Assembly (NCBI GenBank): GCA_934408585.1
Contig: CAKRVA010000003.1
Span: 139,509-203,508, forward strand
Length of the DNA stretch: 64,000 bases
DNA from: an uncultured Lachnospiraceae bacterium
GTDB taxonomy: Bacteria; Bacillota; Clostridia; Lachnospirales; Lachnospiraceae
Reading direction: 5' to 3'
The notes beneath the pieces are model-generated. The model was given only the letters and a program-made list of their open reading frames with translations. It did not search any database and was not told the origin of the DNA. The position numbers and the translations under genes are program-made. Positions 1 to 10,009 of the stretch are shown piece by piece (position 1 is the stretch's first letter; each line of letters starts with the position of its first letter).

Positions 1-727
1 AATATATCTCGTTCCACCGGTTTCTCTGGTTGGGTCATTTGTATCGGTAATTTTATGTTCGATTGTTTTAACATCTACGATTTCAGAAAGTTCATCAATC
101 AATAACTCTCTCTGGTCACGCAGGTCATTTGCACGCGAACCGGATAATTCAATAACATTAATCTGCTTATTTAAAGTGGCAATTTTCTCTGCAATGGAAT
201 TAATCTGGTCTACGTTCTGTTTGATTTCAAGATTTACATCCTTCTGCAGCTCCTGCAGGTTTCCATACATATTATTGAAATAATCGGTAAGTGATTTTGC
301 TGCTGCAATAAACTGTGCCTTGGAGGAAGTACTGCTGGAATTTGTCGTAACGGACTGGAGTGCTGCACTCATCTTGTCAAATACTGTTTTGAATCCGCTC
401 TTTCCATCATCCTTAAAGTAATCTTCTATCGTGCGCATATAATATTGTTTCATGGAATAATTTCCATATTTGGAATTGTTACTCCAATACTTTTCATCAT
501 AAAAGCTGTCACGAACACGTTCAATCGCAATCGTGTCCACACCGGCACCTGCACATCCATAAGTGGTAAAGGTGCGAAGTGCATTGCTTGCCTGCTGACT
601 GACCTGCTGACGGCTATAACCTTGTGTCTGTGCATTTGAGATATTGTTTGCAGTTGTATTCAACGCTGCATTGGAAGCACGTAATCCGGAACCTGCAATT
701 GTTAATCCAAAAAACTGTGAAGGCATC
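1..727 (-). CDS. flagellar hook-associated protein, FlgK-family paralogue (N-terminal ~242 codons; 3' end lies beyond the window edge)
   Basis: Open frame running off the left edge, so it is absent from the ORF track. ATG near 727 is preceded by GGAGTGAG. My translation begins MPSQFFGLTIAGSGLRASNAALNTTANNISNAQTQGYSRQQV, and later has DQINSIAEKIATLNKQI...ANDLRDQRELLIDELS, both FlgK-like. Confidence 0.75.
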
Positions 728-749
728 TGCACTCACTCCTTTCTATTCA

Positions 750-2360
750 TTATCTTCCTAAAGTAGAAATAATATGATCCAATAATTCGCTGATAACATT
801 GATATAACGGCTGGATGCATTAAATGCATTCTGGAACATAATCATGTTGCTCATTTCTTCATCCGAAGAAACTCCCAAAATCTGTTCTCTTGCGGCATAT
901 GTATTATCTACGGTAATCTGCTGGTTTTCACTGATTCCTTTCAATACGGAACCGGTATTTGCCACCTGGGAAACCAGATTGTTATAATAGTTCACGAAAT
1001 TTGTTTTTGTTTTTACGTTCGGATTCAACGTATAATTTTCTTTGGTAAAAATCTTTTTTAAGGCATCAGCCGTTTCCTGGTCTACCTTTTTGTCATCTTT
1101 GATAAATCCTAACAACGATGGCGATTGTTTAATGGTATCGTCAATCATCAGATTACTGATTGTAAAGTCCGTTCCTGATTTTGTTCTGAAAATCTGAATT
1201 GGTGCACTATACGGAGGAGTACTGTTGGGGTCCATCATATAATGCGTTCCCGGTGCATCTGCCTGTGCCTTTGCGGCTGCATCTGCCAGGACCTTGTTAA
1301 TTTGTGTTGCCACTTTATTAATCAACTGGTCAAATTCTGCCTGAATATTCATTACTACAGAAGGCGAAACCTCATTGTTGTACTTTGTTTCATCCTGCAA
1401 ATCTGCATAAGTTGCTCTGCGGTCACCTCTTGCGAGCAAGATTGCTTTCAGTCCGCCAATATCGGTATTCATGTCCGTAGAAACTTCTATGGACAAATCA
1501 AATACTTTCGCTCTGGAAATATCCAGTTTTCCATCGGCGCCCTCTTTTGCAAACTGTTTCCAATATGGTGTATAGAATCCGGTTGTTTCATCCAGGTCGA
1601 CTTCCATCAGATTCACACTATCTGCTTTTACGAAGTCGGTTCCTTCCACCTGAATCAAAAAGTTTCCATTTATGTCTTCCTTAAGACTGATGTTTGCCAT
1701 TTTGGACAATTCATCGGTCAATTGATTTCGTTCGTCTCTTAAATCGTTTGCCTTTTCAAAACCGGCACATTCGATTTTTAGTATTTCTTCATTTAATTCT
1801 TTAATACGCTGTCCGTATTTGTTCATCTGGTCCACTTGCTGTTTCACTTTGTAATTCATGTTATCCTGATATTCACAAAGTCCATCATAAACAGCGCCTG
1901 CACGTGTAACAAATTCACTACAACGTTGTATAAATACGCCCTGATTTACGGAATTGGACGGGTCTTTGGCAAGCTCCTGTACGGAAGACCATACGTTTTC
2001 GATTGCTTCTGCAAAAGCTTCCCCTTCCAGTTCCTGAAAAAGGTCCTCTATTTCACCGATTGCATCGTAGGTTGCATCATAAAATGCACTACGTCCTGAC
2101 TCCCGGCGGTATGTTTTATCCAGGAAATAATCTCTGACCTGTTTTACCTGAGAATAGTTGACACCTAAGCCTATCTGCTGATAAGCGTTGGCAGAGTTCG
2201 TCTTTGAAATGGTATTATAAAAACGGGTACCCTGCTGCACCTGCTGCCTGGTGTACCCTGTTGTATCAATATTGGACATATTATGGGCCGTTGTATTTAA
2301 CGCATTCTGTCCAGTCTGTAAACCACTGGCACCTACATATAAGCTTCCCATCAAAGACAT
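750..2360 (-). CDS. flgK: flagellar hook-associated protein 1 (hook-filament junction protein FlgK)
   Basis: 536-aa ORF. N-terminus MSLMGSLYVGASGLQTGQNALNTTAHNMSNIDTTGYTRQQV and C-terminus ...MIMFQNAFNASSRYINV are the conserved rod/hook-family termini. Follows flgM-flgN. Confidence 0.9.
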   Translation of the reverse strand: MSLMGSLYVGASGLQTGQNALNTTAHNMSNIDTTGYTRQQVQQGTRFYNTISKTNSANAYQQIGLGVNYSQVKQVRDYFLDKTYRRESGRSAFYDATYDAIGEIEDLFQELEGEAFAEAIENVWSSVQELAKDPSNSVNQGVFIQRCSEFVTRAGAVYDGLCEYQDNMNYKVKQQVDQMNKYGQRIKELNEEILKIECAGFEKANDLRDERNQLTDELSKMANISLKEDINGNFLIQVEGTDFVKADSVNLMEVDLDETTGFYTPYWKQFAKEGADGKLDISRAKVFDLSIEVSTDMNTDIGGLKAILLARGDRRATYADLQDETKYNNEVSPSVVMNIQAEFDQLINKVATQINKVLADAAAKAQADAPGTHYMMDPNSTPPYSAPIQIFRTKSGTDFTISNLMIDDTIKQSPSLLGFIKDDKKVDQETADALKKIFTKENYTLNPNVKTKTNFVNYYNNLVSQVANTGSVLKGISENQQITVDNTYAAREQILGVSSDEEMSNMIMFQNAFNASSRYINVISELLDHIISTLGR

Positions 2361-2389
2361 AATATCACCTACTTCATCAACAAGTTTTC

Positions 2390-2908
2390 CTACTGCTTGG
2401 CATCAAATCCGCCGCTTTCTACACCGATACTGCTTCCTACGTTATACGCACCCCGGTTGTAGTTGGCTGTTTCCGGCGCTGCTTTCATGCTTTGCAGCAT
2501 GTTCAAATCAAATTCCACCATCTCAAGTGAACTCTGGATTAATTCCCGATTTTGTTCGTTCACTCTTTTTACGGCATGTACCACCGTACGTAACTGATCG
2601 TGTACCTTCGCCAGCTTCTGCTGCTCTTCGGGTCTTTGCTCCAGAATCCGAATCAAATCTGTGAGCAATAAAGTTTTAACATCCTTGTTAATGACATTGG
2701 CGATATCGGCAAACACCTCTTGTCTTTTTGATTCCAGACGGGTAATTCTGCTGACAACGTCCTGTTCTTCATCCGTGATTTTTGCTAATTCATCCAAATC
2801 GCCGGAAATAATGACCGGCGTCTTTCTGGTCGATAATCCGAGCAAGTTTTCATATTCCTGACTTTCGTTATTCAGTACCTCAATCAAGTTTTCCATTAAA
2901 CTTGCCAC
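2390..2908 (-). CDS. flgN: flagellar protein FlgN family (export chaperone for hook-associated proteins)
   Basis: 172-aa helical acidic protein (MENLIEVLNNESQEYENLLGLS...) between flgM and flgK. Apparent GTG start with GAGGT upstream. Confidence 0.7.
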   Translation of the reverse strand: MASLMENLIEVLNNESQEYENLLGLSTRKTPVIISGDLDELAKITDEEQDVVSRITRLESKRQEVFADIANVINKDVKTLLLTDLIRILEQRPEEQQKLAKVHDQLRTVVHAVKRVNEQNRELIQSSLEMVEFDLNMLQSMKAAPETANYNRGAYNVGSSIGVESGGFDAKQ

Positions 2909-2913
2909 TCGGA

Positions 2914-3189
2914 TTACCTCATTTCTTCATATTTTGAAAATAATTTATCTGCAAAGCTTTCATTGCTTACTTCATAAGTGCCATCCTGTATTTTGGCTTT
3001 GATTGGAGCAATGAGGTCTTCCCGGATATCGCTGCTTCCTGCAACTGCTGCTTTTGCGGTCTGAATATCCTTACCTATGCTGGATATCTGCAGCTGATCT
3101 TTGAAGCTTGTTTTTCCGGTTGACTGGGTCTTCGCAGTCTTGCTTGTTTTGTAAATCTGCTGTACCTGCGTGTATGCTTCAATACGCAT
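2914..3189 (-). CDS. flgM: anti-sigma-28 factor FlgM
   Basis: About 91 aa starting MRIEAYTQVQQIYK, with C-terminal ...IAPIKAKIQDGTYEVSNESFADKL typical of FlgM. Start moved to the ATG preceded by GGAAGGAGG. Confidence 0.8.
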   Translation of the reverse strand: MRIEAYTQVQQIYKTSKTAKTQSTGKTSFKDQLQISSIGKDIQTAKAAVAGSSDIREDLIAPIKAKIQDGTYEVSNESFADKLFSKYEEMR

Positions 3190-3234
3190 AAATACGCCTC
3201 CTTCCGTCACTGATTATTCTTTTTGACAATATTA

Positions 3235-3262
3235 TTATCGGAGTTTTTCTGTGATACTTTAG
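3235..3262 (-). promoter_or_regulatory. sigma-28 (SigD/FliA)-type promoter upstream of flgM
   Basis: Minus strand reads cTAAA-gtatcacagaaaaact-CCGATAAt. This matches TAAA-N15/16-(G)CCGATAT and lies about 45 nt upstream of the flgM ATG. Confidence 0.55.
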
Positions 3263-3281
3263 GGGAAATCCGAAATTTCAC

Positions 3282-3316
3282 AAAAAAGCTCCGGATTCCA
3301 TTCAGAGTCCGGAGCT
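3282..3316 (-). terminator. intrinsic terminator after the uracil permease gene
   Basis: Minus strand: AGCTCCGGA-ctctgaatggaa-TCCGGAGCT followed by TTTTTTG. Confidence 0.7.
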
Positions 3317-3353
3317 TATCTTAAATAATCACTCTATCAATTTCATTTATAAA

Positions 3354-4757
3354 TTAGTTTTCTTCTTTTTTGTTTTTTGAAGAAAGAATCTCATTTGTAA
3401 CAATACCGAGAATCAATGCACATGCAACCTCTGTAATGGTTACAGAACCAAAACTTACTGCAAGTCCGCCGATACCGGAAATCAAAATTACAGATACGGT
3501 AAAGAGGTTTGCATTGTCATTTAAATCTACATCCTGAATCATTTTCAGACCGGATACTGCAATGAATCCGTAAAGAGCTACACAAACACCACCCATTACA
3601 CAGTTTGGAATGGTTGCAAGGAAAGTTACAAACGGTGCTACGAAAGAAGCAACGATTGCAAGAATTGCAGTTGTTAAAATAGTTACTACGGAAGCATTTC
3701 CGGAAATTGCAACACATCCAACAGATTCACCATATGTTGTGTTCGGGCATCCACCAAAGAATGCACCAATCATGGAACCAACACCATCACCAAGAAGTGT
3801 TCTGTGAAGTCCTGGCTCTACAAGTAAGTCTCTTTCAATAATGGAGGAAAGGTTTTTGTGGTCTGCAATGTGTTCTGCAAATACAACGAATGCAACCGGT
3901 ACATAAGCAACTGCGATAGTTCCGATATAAGCACCCATTGTAGCCACATCACCAAACTCATAAGGAGCTCCGAAGGCGGTAATAAATGTAAAGTTCGGAT
4001 ACCACTGCATGTTCTGGAATGCAGAAAAATCAATAATCTTTAATGCATCAATTCCATTTGCATTTCCAATGATGGTCATGATAGCTGCTACTGCATATCC
4101 GGAAACAATACCGATGATAAATGGAATCATCTTGAGCATTTTCTTTCCGTATACAGAGCAAAGCATGGTAACAAATAAAGTAACAAGTCCACAAATCAGA
4201 CATGCATAAACAGATGCACTCTGAACCATTACAGTCTCGCCAGCTTCATTTAAAACAGGGTTTCCGGCTTCATCTAACAAAGCTTTCAGTACCTTACCGG
4301 TTGTTAAGTCTCCAACTGCATTTCCTGCAAGGGAAAGTCCGATAATGGCAACAGTAGGTCCAATAACAACAGCAGGCATTAATTTATTAATCCAGTCAAC
4401 TCCGGCTACTTTTACAACGATAGCAAGCACTACATAAACAAGTCCGGCAAAAGCGGCACCAATAATCAATCCCAGGTAGCCAAGTGACATGGACACGCCA
4501 CCTGCGAATGCAGAAAACATAGAACCAATAAATGCAAAGGAAGAACCTAAGAATACAGGGCTCTTAAATTTGGTAAACAAAAGATACACAATTGTTCCCA
4601 CGCCTGCTCCGAACAATGCTGCGGAAGCAGACATATTATTTCCGATAATTGCAGGAACTGCAATGGTTGCTGCCAAAATGGCAAGTAACTGCTGTAGTGC
4701 GAAGACAAGCGTCTGAGCAAAACGTGGTTTGTCTTCTACGTTGTAAATCATTTTCAT
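3354..4757 (-). CDS. pyrP: uracil/xanthine permease (NCS2 family)
   Basis: Polytopic membrane protein with NCS2-like motifs (FGGCPNTTYGESVG). Lies directly downstream of pyrR. Start is uncertain among three close ATGs (4769, 4757, 4751); GGAGG precedes 4757. Confidence 0.85.
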   Translation of the reverse strand: MKMIYNVEDKPRFAQTLVFALQQLLAILAATIAVPAIIGNNMSASAALFGAGVGTIVYLLFTKFKSPVFLGSSFAFIGSMFSAFAGGVSMSLGYLGLIIGAAFAGLVYVVLAIVVKVAGVDWINKLMPAVVIGPTVAIIGLSLAGNAVGDLTTGKVLKALLDEAGNPVLNEAGETVMVQSASVYACLICGLVTLFVTMLCSVYGKKMLKMIPFIIGIVSGYAVAAIMTIIGNANGIDALKIIDFSAFQNMQWYPNFTFITAFGAPYEFGDVATMGAYIGTIAVAYVPVAFVVFAEHIADHKNLSSIIERDLLVEPGLHRTLLGDGVGSMIGAFFGGCPNTTYGESVGCVAISGNASVVTILTTAILAIVASFVAPFVTFLATIPNCVMGGVCVALYGFIAVSGLKMIQDVDLNDNANLFTVSVILISGIGGLAVSFGSVTITEVACALILGIVTNEILSSKNKKEEN

Positions 4758-4800
4758 TTTTTCCTCCATCTCCCGTACTCACTGGTACGGCTTTGTATTT

Positions 4801-4827
4801 TATTTATTAAAACAGGTGATTCACCTG
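4801..4827 (-). terminator. hairpin plus U-run between pyrR and pyrP (terminator or attenuator)
   Basis: Minus strand: CAGGTG-aat-CACCTG followed by TTTTAATAAATAAAAT, immediately after the pyrR stop. Confidence 0.5.
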
Positions 4828-4829
4828 CA

Positions 4830-5520
<691 letters not shown>

Positions 5521-5648
5521 TAAAATATTATCACACCAACGCGAAAAAAAGTAAAGATGTTTCTATAAATTTTTTCAAAAAATACGATACAAAAATACTA
5601 TTGTATGATAAAATAGGAACAGCATAAGAGAAAGGAAAGGTATTTCAT

Positions 5649-6287
5649 ATGGAACAAATGGAAAATGTATTTATACTGAATCATCCATTAATTCAGCATA
5701 AAATCTCCCGTTTACGTGATGTAAACACCGGAACAAACGAATTTCGTAAATTGATTGAAGAAATCGCAATGCTTATGGGCTATGAAGCACTTCGCGATTT
5801 ACCTATGGAGGATATTGAAATTACAACTCCAATCGAAAAATGCATGACTCCTGTCATTGCAGGAAAGAAAATGGCAATCGTTCCGATTCTCCGTGCAGGT
5901 TTAGGTATGGTTGGCGGTATTTTGGCGCTTGTACCTTCTGCAAAGGTTGGACATATCGGTTTATATCGTGACCCCGAAACTCATGAGCCTCATGAATATT
6001 ATTGCAAGTTACCTGAACCCATTGATCAGAGAACCATCGTTGTTCTTGATCCAATGCTTGCAACCGGCGGTTCCGGTTCTGAAGCAGTTGACTTCATCAA
6101 GCAGCATGGCGGTAAGAACATTAAATTCATGTGTATCATTGCAGCACCAGAAGGACTTGAACGTTTACGCAAGGATCATCCGGACATCCAGATTTATGTT
6201 GGACATTTGGACAGATGTTTAAATGACCACGCATACATATGTCCGGGACTTGGAGATGCGGGAGACCGTATTTTCGGTACAAAATAA
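5649..6287 (+). CDS. upp: uracil phosphoribosyltransferase
   Basis: [33 protein letters not shown] and [13 protein letters not shown] are classic Upp motifs. Confidence 0.95.
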   Translation: MEQMENVFILNHPLIQHKISRLRDVNTGTNEFRKLIEEIAMLMGYEALRDLPMEDIEITTPIEKCMTPVIAGKKMAIVPILRAGLGMVGGILALVPSAKVGHIGLYRDPETHEPHEYYCKLPEPIDQRTIVVLDPMLATGGSGSEAVDFIKQHGGKNIKFMCIIAAPEGLERLRKDHPDIQIYVGHLDRCLNDHAYICPGLGDAGDRIFGTK

Positions 6288-6295
6288 AGTTATCT

Positions 6296-6324
6296 GGCTG
6301 CTAATGATTTAGCAGCCATTTTTT
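6296..6324 (+). terminator. intrinsic terminator of upp
   Basis: GGCTGCTAA-tgat-TTAGCAGCC followed by ATTTTTT. Confidence 0.75.
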
Positions 6325-6343
6325 GTCAAAGGAGTTTTTACTT

Positions 6344-6823
6344 ATGAATTCAAAAGCATTACTTGTTACAAAAGCAGCAATCATTGCTGCACTCTATGTT
6401 GTTTTAACCTTTGTATCTGCAAGCATGGGACTTTCAAGCGGCGTCATTCAATTGCGTTTATCCGAAATGTTATGTATTCTTCCGGCATTTACTCCTGCTG
6501 CCATACCGGGTCTGTTTGTCGGCTGTATTGTAAGCAATCTGCTCACGGGTTGTATGCCGCTTGATGTTATTTTCGGAAGTCTTGCTACCCTGATTGGTGC
6601 ATTGGGCACTTATTTCCTCAAAAAAAGGAAGTGGCTGACACCACTCCCTCCAATTGTTTCAAATACGATTATTGTTCCTTTTGTTCTTTCCTACGTCTAT
6701 GGCTTTGAAGGTTCTATTCCATTCTTTATGCTTACCGTAGGAATTGGAGAATTTCTCTCCTGTGGCGTTTTGGGAATGTTGCTTTACTTTATTCTCCACA
6801 AATACGCCAAACATCTTTTTTAG
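6344..6823 (+). CDS. queT: queuosine-precursor transporter QueT-like membrane protein
   Basis: About 160-aa multi-TM protein; AAIIAALYVVLT...IQLRLSEMLCILP is QueT-like. Start moved to the ATG at 6344 behind AAGGAG. Confidence 0.65.
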   Translation: MNSKALLVTKAAIIAALYVVLTFVSASMGLSSGVIQLRLSEMLCILPAFTPAAIPGLFVGCIVSNLLTGCMPLDVIFGSLATLIGALGTYFLKKRKWLTPLPPIVSNTIIVPFVLSYVYGFEGSIPFFMLTVGIGEFLSCGVLGMLLYFILHKYAKHLF

Positions 6824-8478
6824 CCTCTCTCGGCCATGATGTGATACTTTCTTTTGTCTTCACACATGGCCTCATCTGCGGCTTTGAAGATTTCTTTCTG
6901 GAACTCTTCTCCCGGACGCCAGTTCATCTGTGCATATCCCTTTGCCACCGATAATTTATAACGATGAAATCTGTTATACATAGAAATATTCTTGTTCAAT
7001 CTTTCCATCAAAATATCTGCCCGTTCACTGCTGTTTAAAAGAAGTGCTGCAAATTCATCTCCTCCCAGACGGAAACAGACATTTCGGTCTCCAAACGTTC
7101 TTTCCATACATTCACTAAGTCCCCGGATCACTTCATCCCCGGCACGGTATCCAAGAGAATCATTTGTTTTTTTCAGGTAATTCAGGTCCATAACAATTAA
7201 CGTTACGATTGTTTTATTGGAAGCCACATCCTTCATATTTGCAAACTGCAGTTCAAATGCCTCACGATTTCCAAGTCCTGTCGCAATATCGTTATAGGCG
7301 AGCCGCTTATAAATATCCAGAAACTGTTTTTCTTCAATCAGACGCATTTCGCGGTAAACAATCAGGCCAAACAGGGTAAAGCTGAAAATCAAAGCCCCGC
7401 CGCCAAATGCCATTGCATCACACCCGCTTGTCGGTGATACGTAAAAGCAAATAAGTCCAATGGCTGAAGCAACAAGCAGCAGTATGATACTTCCAGCAAG
7501 AATCTTGGAGTCGGTACTGTGTTTCCATTCCTTTAATGCCAGCCATAAAGAAACCGCCATAACTACAACAATATAGAGGTGGGTCAATATCAAAATTTGT
7601 GGCGGATCGCTGATTCCGGTCAAAAAACAGATGGTAATGAGGAGTGCCAGAAACCATCCTGCCATCTCCAGATTATAAAGCAGCTCCCTTCCTCTGGTTA
7701 ATACCTGCCTGCAATATCCCATAAACGGGATTCCCAGAAGCGTCAGGGTAAGGAATGAAACAAAGCTTACTGCCTCATTCGCACTTGTAAAGAACTGTGG
7801 AATATCCGAGCTGCAGACAAGCCATACAATAATCAGCAGAACCATAATTCCAAAATAGAGAAACATTTTGCTATTCTGGAACATGGAATTTCTCCATTGA
7901 AAAACAGCCAGTCCCAATGCAAGGATTGCTACTGTCAAAAGAATCGTACAAACCACGATTCTCCACATATTGGTCTTTAAAACACTCATTTCGAGGTCTG
8001 CTGAAAATCCGAATTTTATTTCCGGAATCTCCATTCGCAGATTGTAATACGGAACCATTTTTACTACAATTTCTTTGCCCGACATATCAGGAGAAATCGG
8101 GATACATACCCGAATATTTCCGACCATATTACCAACCGGTAATGGCTGCCTCGTTCCATAAGAGCCAATCAGGCGTTCCTCAACGTATACTTCACATTTA
8201 CTGTAAACAGACTGAAAACAAATCTCATAATAATCCGGAATTTTTTCAGGAAGAATACTTGATATTACCAATGCCTGTCCCCGCTCGCCCTGAACAGTAT
8301 AAGGCAGTTCAACCACGCCGGTTCCCTCGAGTACCCATCCCTGCAATTCATACACCGATGCAGTTCCACGAAGCTTCGTATTTTCATTATTACCTGCTGC
8401 AAAACAATAGTATGCTGTCAAAAACAGAATGCAGCCTGTAACAACTGCAAGAATCAGCAAAAAGTTTTTCTTTGTCAT
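6820..8478 (-). CDS. membrane-bound diguanylate cyclase (GGDEF domain)
   Basis: N-terminal signal/TM, extracytoplasmic domain, about 7 TM segments, and a C-terminal GGDEF domain (TGLGNREAF..., RLGGDEFAALL). Confidence 0.85.
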   Translation of the reverse strand: MTKKNFLLILAVVTGCILFLTAYYCFAAGNNENTKLRGTASVYELQGWVLEGTGVVELPYTVQGERGQALVISSILPEKIPDYYEICFQSVYSKCEVYVEERLIGSYGTRQPLPVGNMVGNIRVCIPISPDMSGKEIVVKMVPYYNLRMEIPEIKFGFSADLEMSVLKTNMWRIVVCTILLTVAILALGLAVFQWRNSMFQNSKMFLYFGIMVLLIIVWLVCSSDIPQFFTSANEAVSFVSFLTLTLLGIPFMGYCRQVLTRGRELLYNLEMAGWFLALLITICFLTGISDPPQILILTHLYIVVVMAVSLWLALKEWKHSTDSKILAGSIILLLVASAIGLICFYVSPTSGCDAMAFGGGALIFSFTLFGLIVYREMRLIEEKQFLDIYKRLAYNDIATGLGNREAFELQFANMKDVASNKTIVTLIVMDLNYLKKTNDSLGYRAGDEVIRGLSECMERTFGDRNVCFRLGGDEFAALLLNSSERADILMERLNKNISMYNRFHRYKLSVAKGYAQMNWRPGEEFQKEIFKAADEAMCEDKRKYHIMAERG

Positions 8479-8536
8479 TTGTCACCCCTTAACCAATATT
8501 TGGTTACACCTTTTCCTTATTATACCATTGTTTCGC

Positions 8537-10009
8537 CTATTCGTGAAGTAAATTAGTTGTAAAGCCGCTCTGGTCGTGGGTTGTAACAATCTTTAACAAC
8601 CGTTCATTCCCCACTGTAATTTTCCCATCCAGAGCTTTTGTCACGGTAAACTCTGCCAGACCGCCTGTTTTACACGCTTCCTGCTCCTGTGCAGAAATCA
8701 GATTTCCAAGCGAATAGTACACGAGCATTTCATGTCCCTGTTCGTCGGTCAGCCTCTCATATGGCTGTAATACATGCGGATGTGTTCCGATTACCACATC
8801 AACGCCATGCTCTAAAAACAATTCTGTAAAATATCGCTGCTGTTCATCGATTTCACTGCTGTATTCTGTTCCCCAATGAGCAAATACCATGACTACATCG
8901 GCACGTTCTCTTGCCGCATCTAATTGCTGTACTACCCGTTCTTCGTCTGTCAGTCGTTCGACAAGATGCGGTGTTTCTTCCGGATTCGGAATTCCATTCG
9001 TTCCATATGTATAATTGAGCATTGCAAAGCGAATGTTATTCTTTTTTAAAATCGTTATCTCTTCTTTGTTCCCGCTTTGTTCCTCCCATGCAGGATGTAC
9101 TCCCAGATACGTGATTCCCTTTTCCCGGTAAAAATCAGTTGTCACATCAATACCATACGTTCCTTTATCAAGTACATGATTATTCGCAAGTGTCACGACA
9201 TCAAATCCAGCCTCTGCAATGGCTTCTCCTACCCCCAATGGGGTTCCGAATTCAGGGAAATCGCTAACCAGACCCTGGTCTTTTACAAAAATCGTTTCCT
9301 GATTCAATGTTGCAATATCTGCCTTCTGGACTTCTTCACGGATATTTTCATAAAAGCCGCTATATCCGTCTTCATTTCCATAAAGCATTGGAACATGAAT
9401 CAGATTATCACCTGCACACAAAAAAGTTACCTGTTCCTCTTTGATATCTCCGGCAAATTTCATCCCGAAATCCTGCCACTGCCATCGTGTACTTTTTCCC
9501 TGTACATCTGTGATTACAAGTCTCCCTTTTTGATCCATAAGCATGGAGGATACCTGCATATCCAATGCAGAAGACATCCACAATGCTCGAAGCTTTGTTT
9601 CCCGCGTTTCTTCCCACTGATAAATAAAAATGTGCTGTTCCAGGCGGATATCATTTCTTTTTTCCCAAAATGGAAGATGCGTTCCATAGCTTCCATGCTT
9701 CCAGACAAGCAGTATCAGTTCCTCTTTTCCATCCCGGTTGATATCTCCGCATAATACATCCTGTACAGACCAGTCCCATGGTGTACACCACAATTTTTTT
9801 CGTCCTGTTCTGTCCATAGACAAGTCATTTCCTTCCCGGTTGCAAAGTTTCAATTTCCGGTTATGAAGTTTTACCTGTGCCTCTCCATAGACAAAGCTCT
9901 TCTCTTCCCACTGTACCCATGATGGTAAAAAGCAACCACGCCACCATAAGAAGAAGATAGCAGTGACGGTAATCGCCACTGCTAAGATTCCTTTTATAAC
10001 TTTATTCAT
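8537..10009 (-). CDS. CapA-family (PGA_cap metallophosphatase-like) membrane-anchored protein with an FG-GAP-like N-terminal region
   Basis: TM anchor MNKVIKGILAVAITVTAIFF, then GDINRDGKEELILLVWK, then CapA-like GDNLIH...LANNHVLDKG...HWGTEY...GTHPHV. Start moved to the ATG overlapping the upstream stop (ATGAATAA). Confidence 0.75.
   Translation of the reverse strand: MNKVIKGILAVAITVTAIFFLWWRGCFLPSWVQWEEKSFVYGEAQVKLHNRKLKLCNREGNDLSMDRTGRKKLWCTPWDWSVQDVLCGDINRDGKEELILLVWKHGSYGTHLPFWEKRNDIRLEQHIFIYQWEETRETKLRALWMSSALDMQVSSMLMDQKGRLVITDVQGKSTRWQWQDFGMKFAGDIKEEQVTFLCAGDNLIHVPMLYGNEDGYSGFYENIREEVQKADIATLNQETIFVKDQGLVSDFPEFGTPLGVGEAIAEAGFDVVTLANNHVLDKGTYGIDVTTDFYREKGITYLGVHPAWEEQSGNKEEITILKKNNIRFAMLNYTYGTNGIPNPEETPHLVERLTDEERVVQQLDAARERADVVMVFAHWGTEYSSEIDEQQRYFTELFLEHGVDVVIGTHPHVLQPYERLTDEQGHEMLVYYSLGNLISAQEQEACKTGGLAEFTVTKALDGKITVGNERLLKIVTTHDQSGFTTNLLHE

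Noticed and set aside
6296-6343. Possible preQ1 riboswitch upstream of queT
   Set aside because: The only structure is a 9-bp hairpin plus T-run that works as the upp terminator. It has no A-rich ACUA-type tail or conserved preQ1-I loop.
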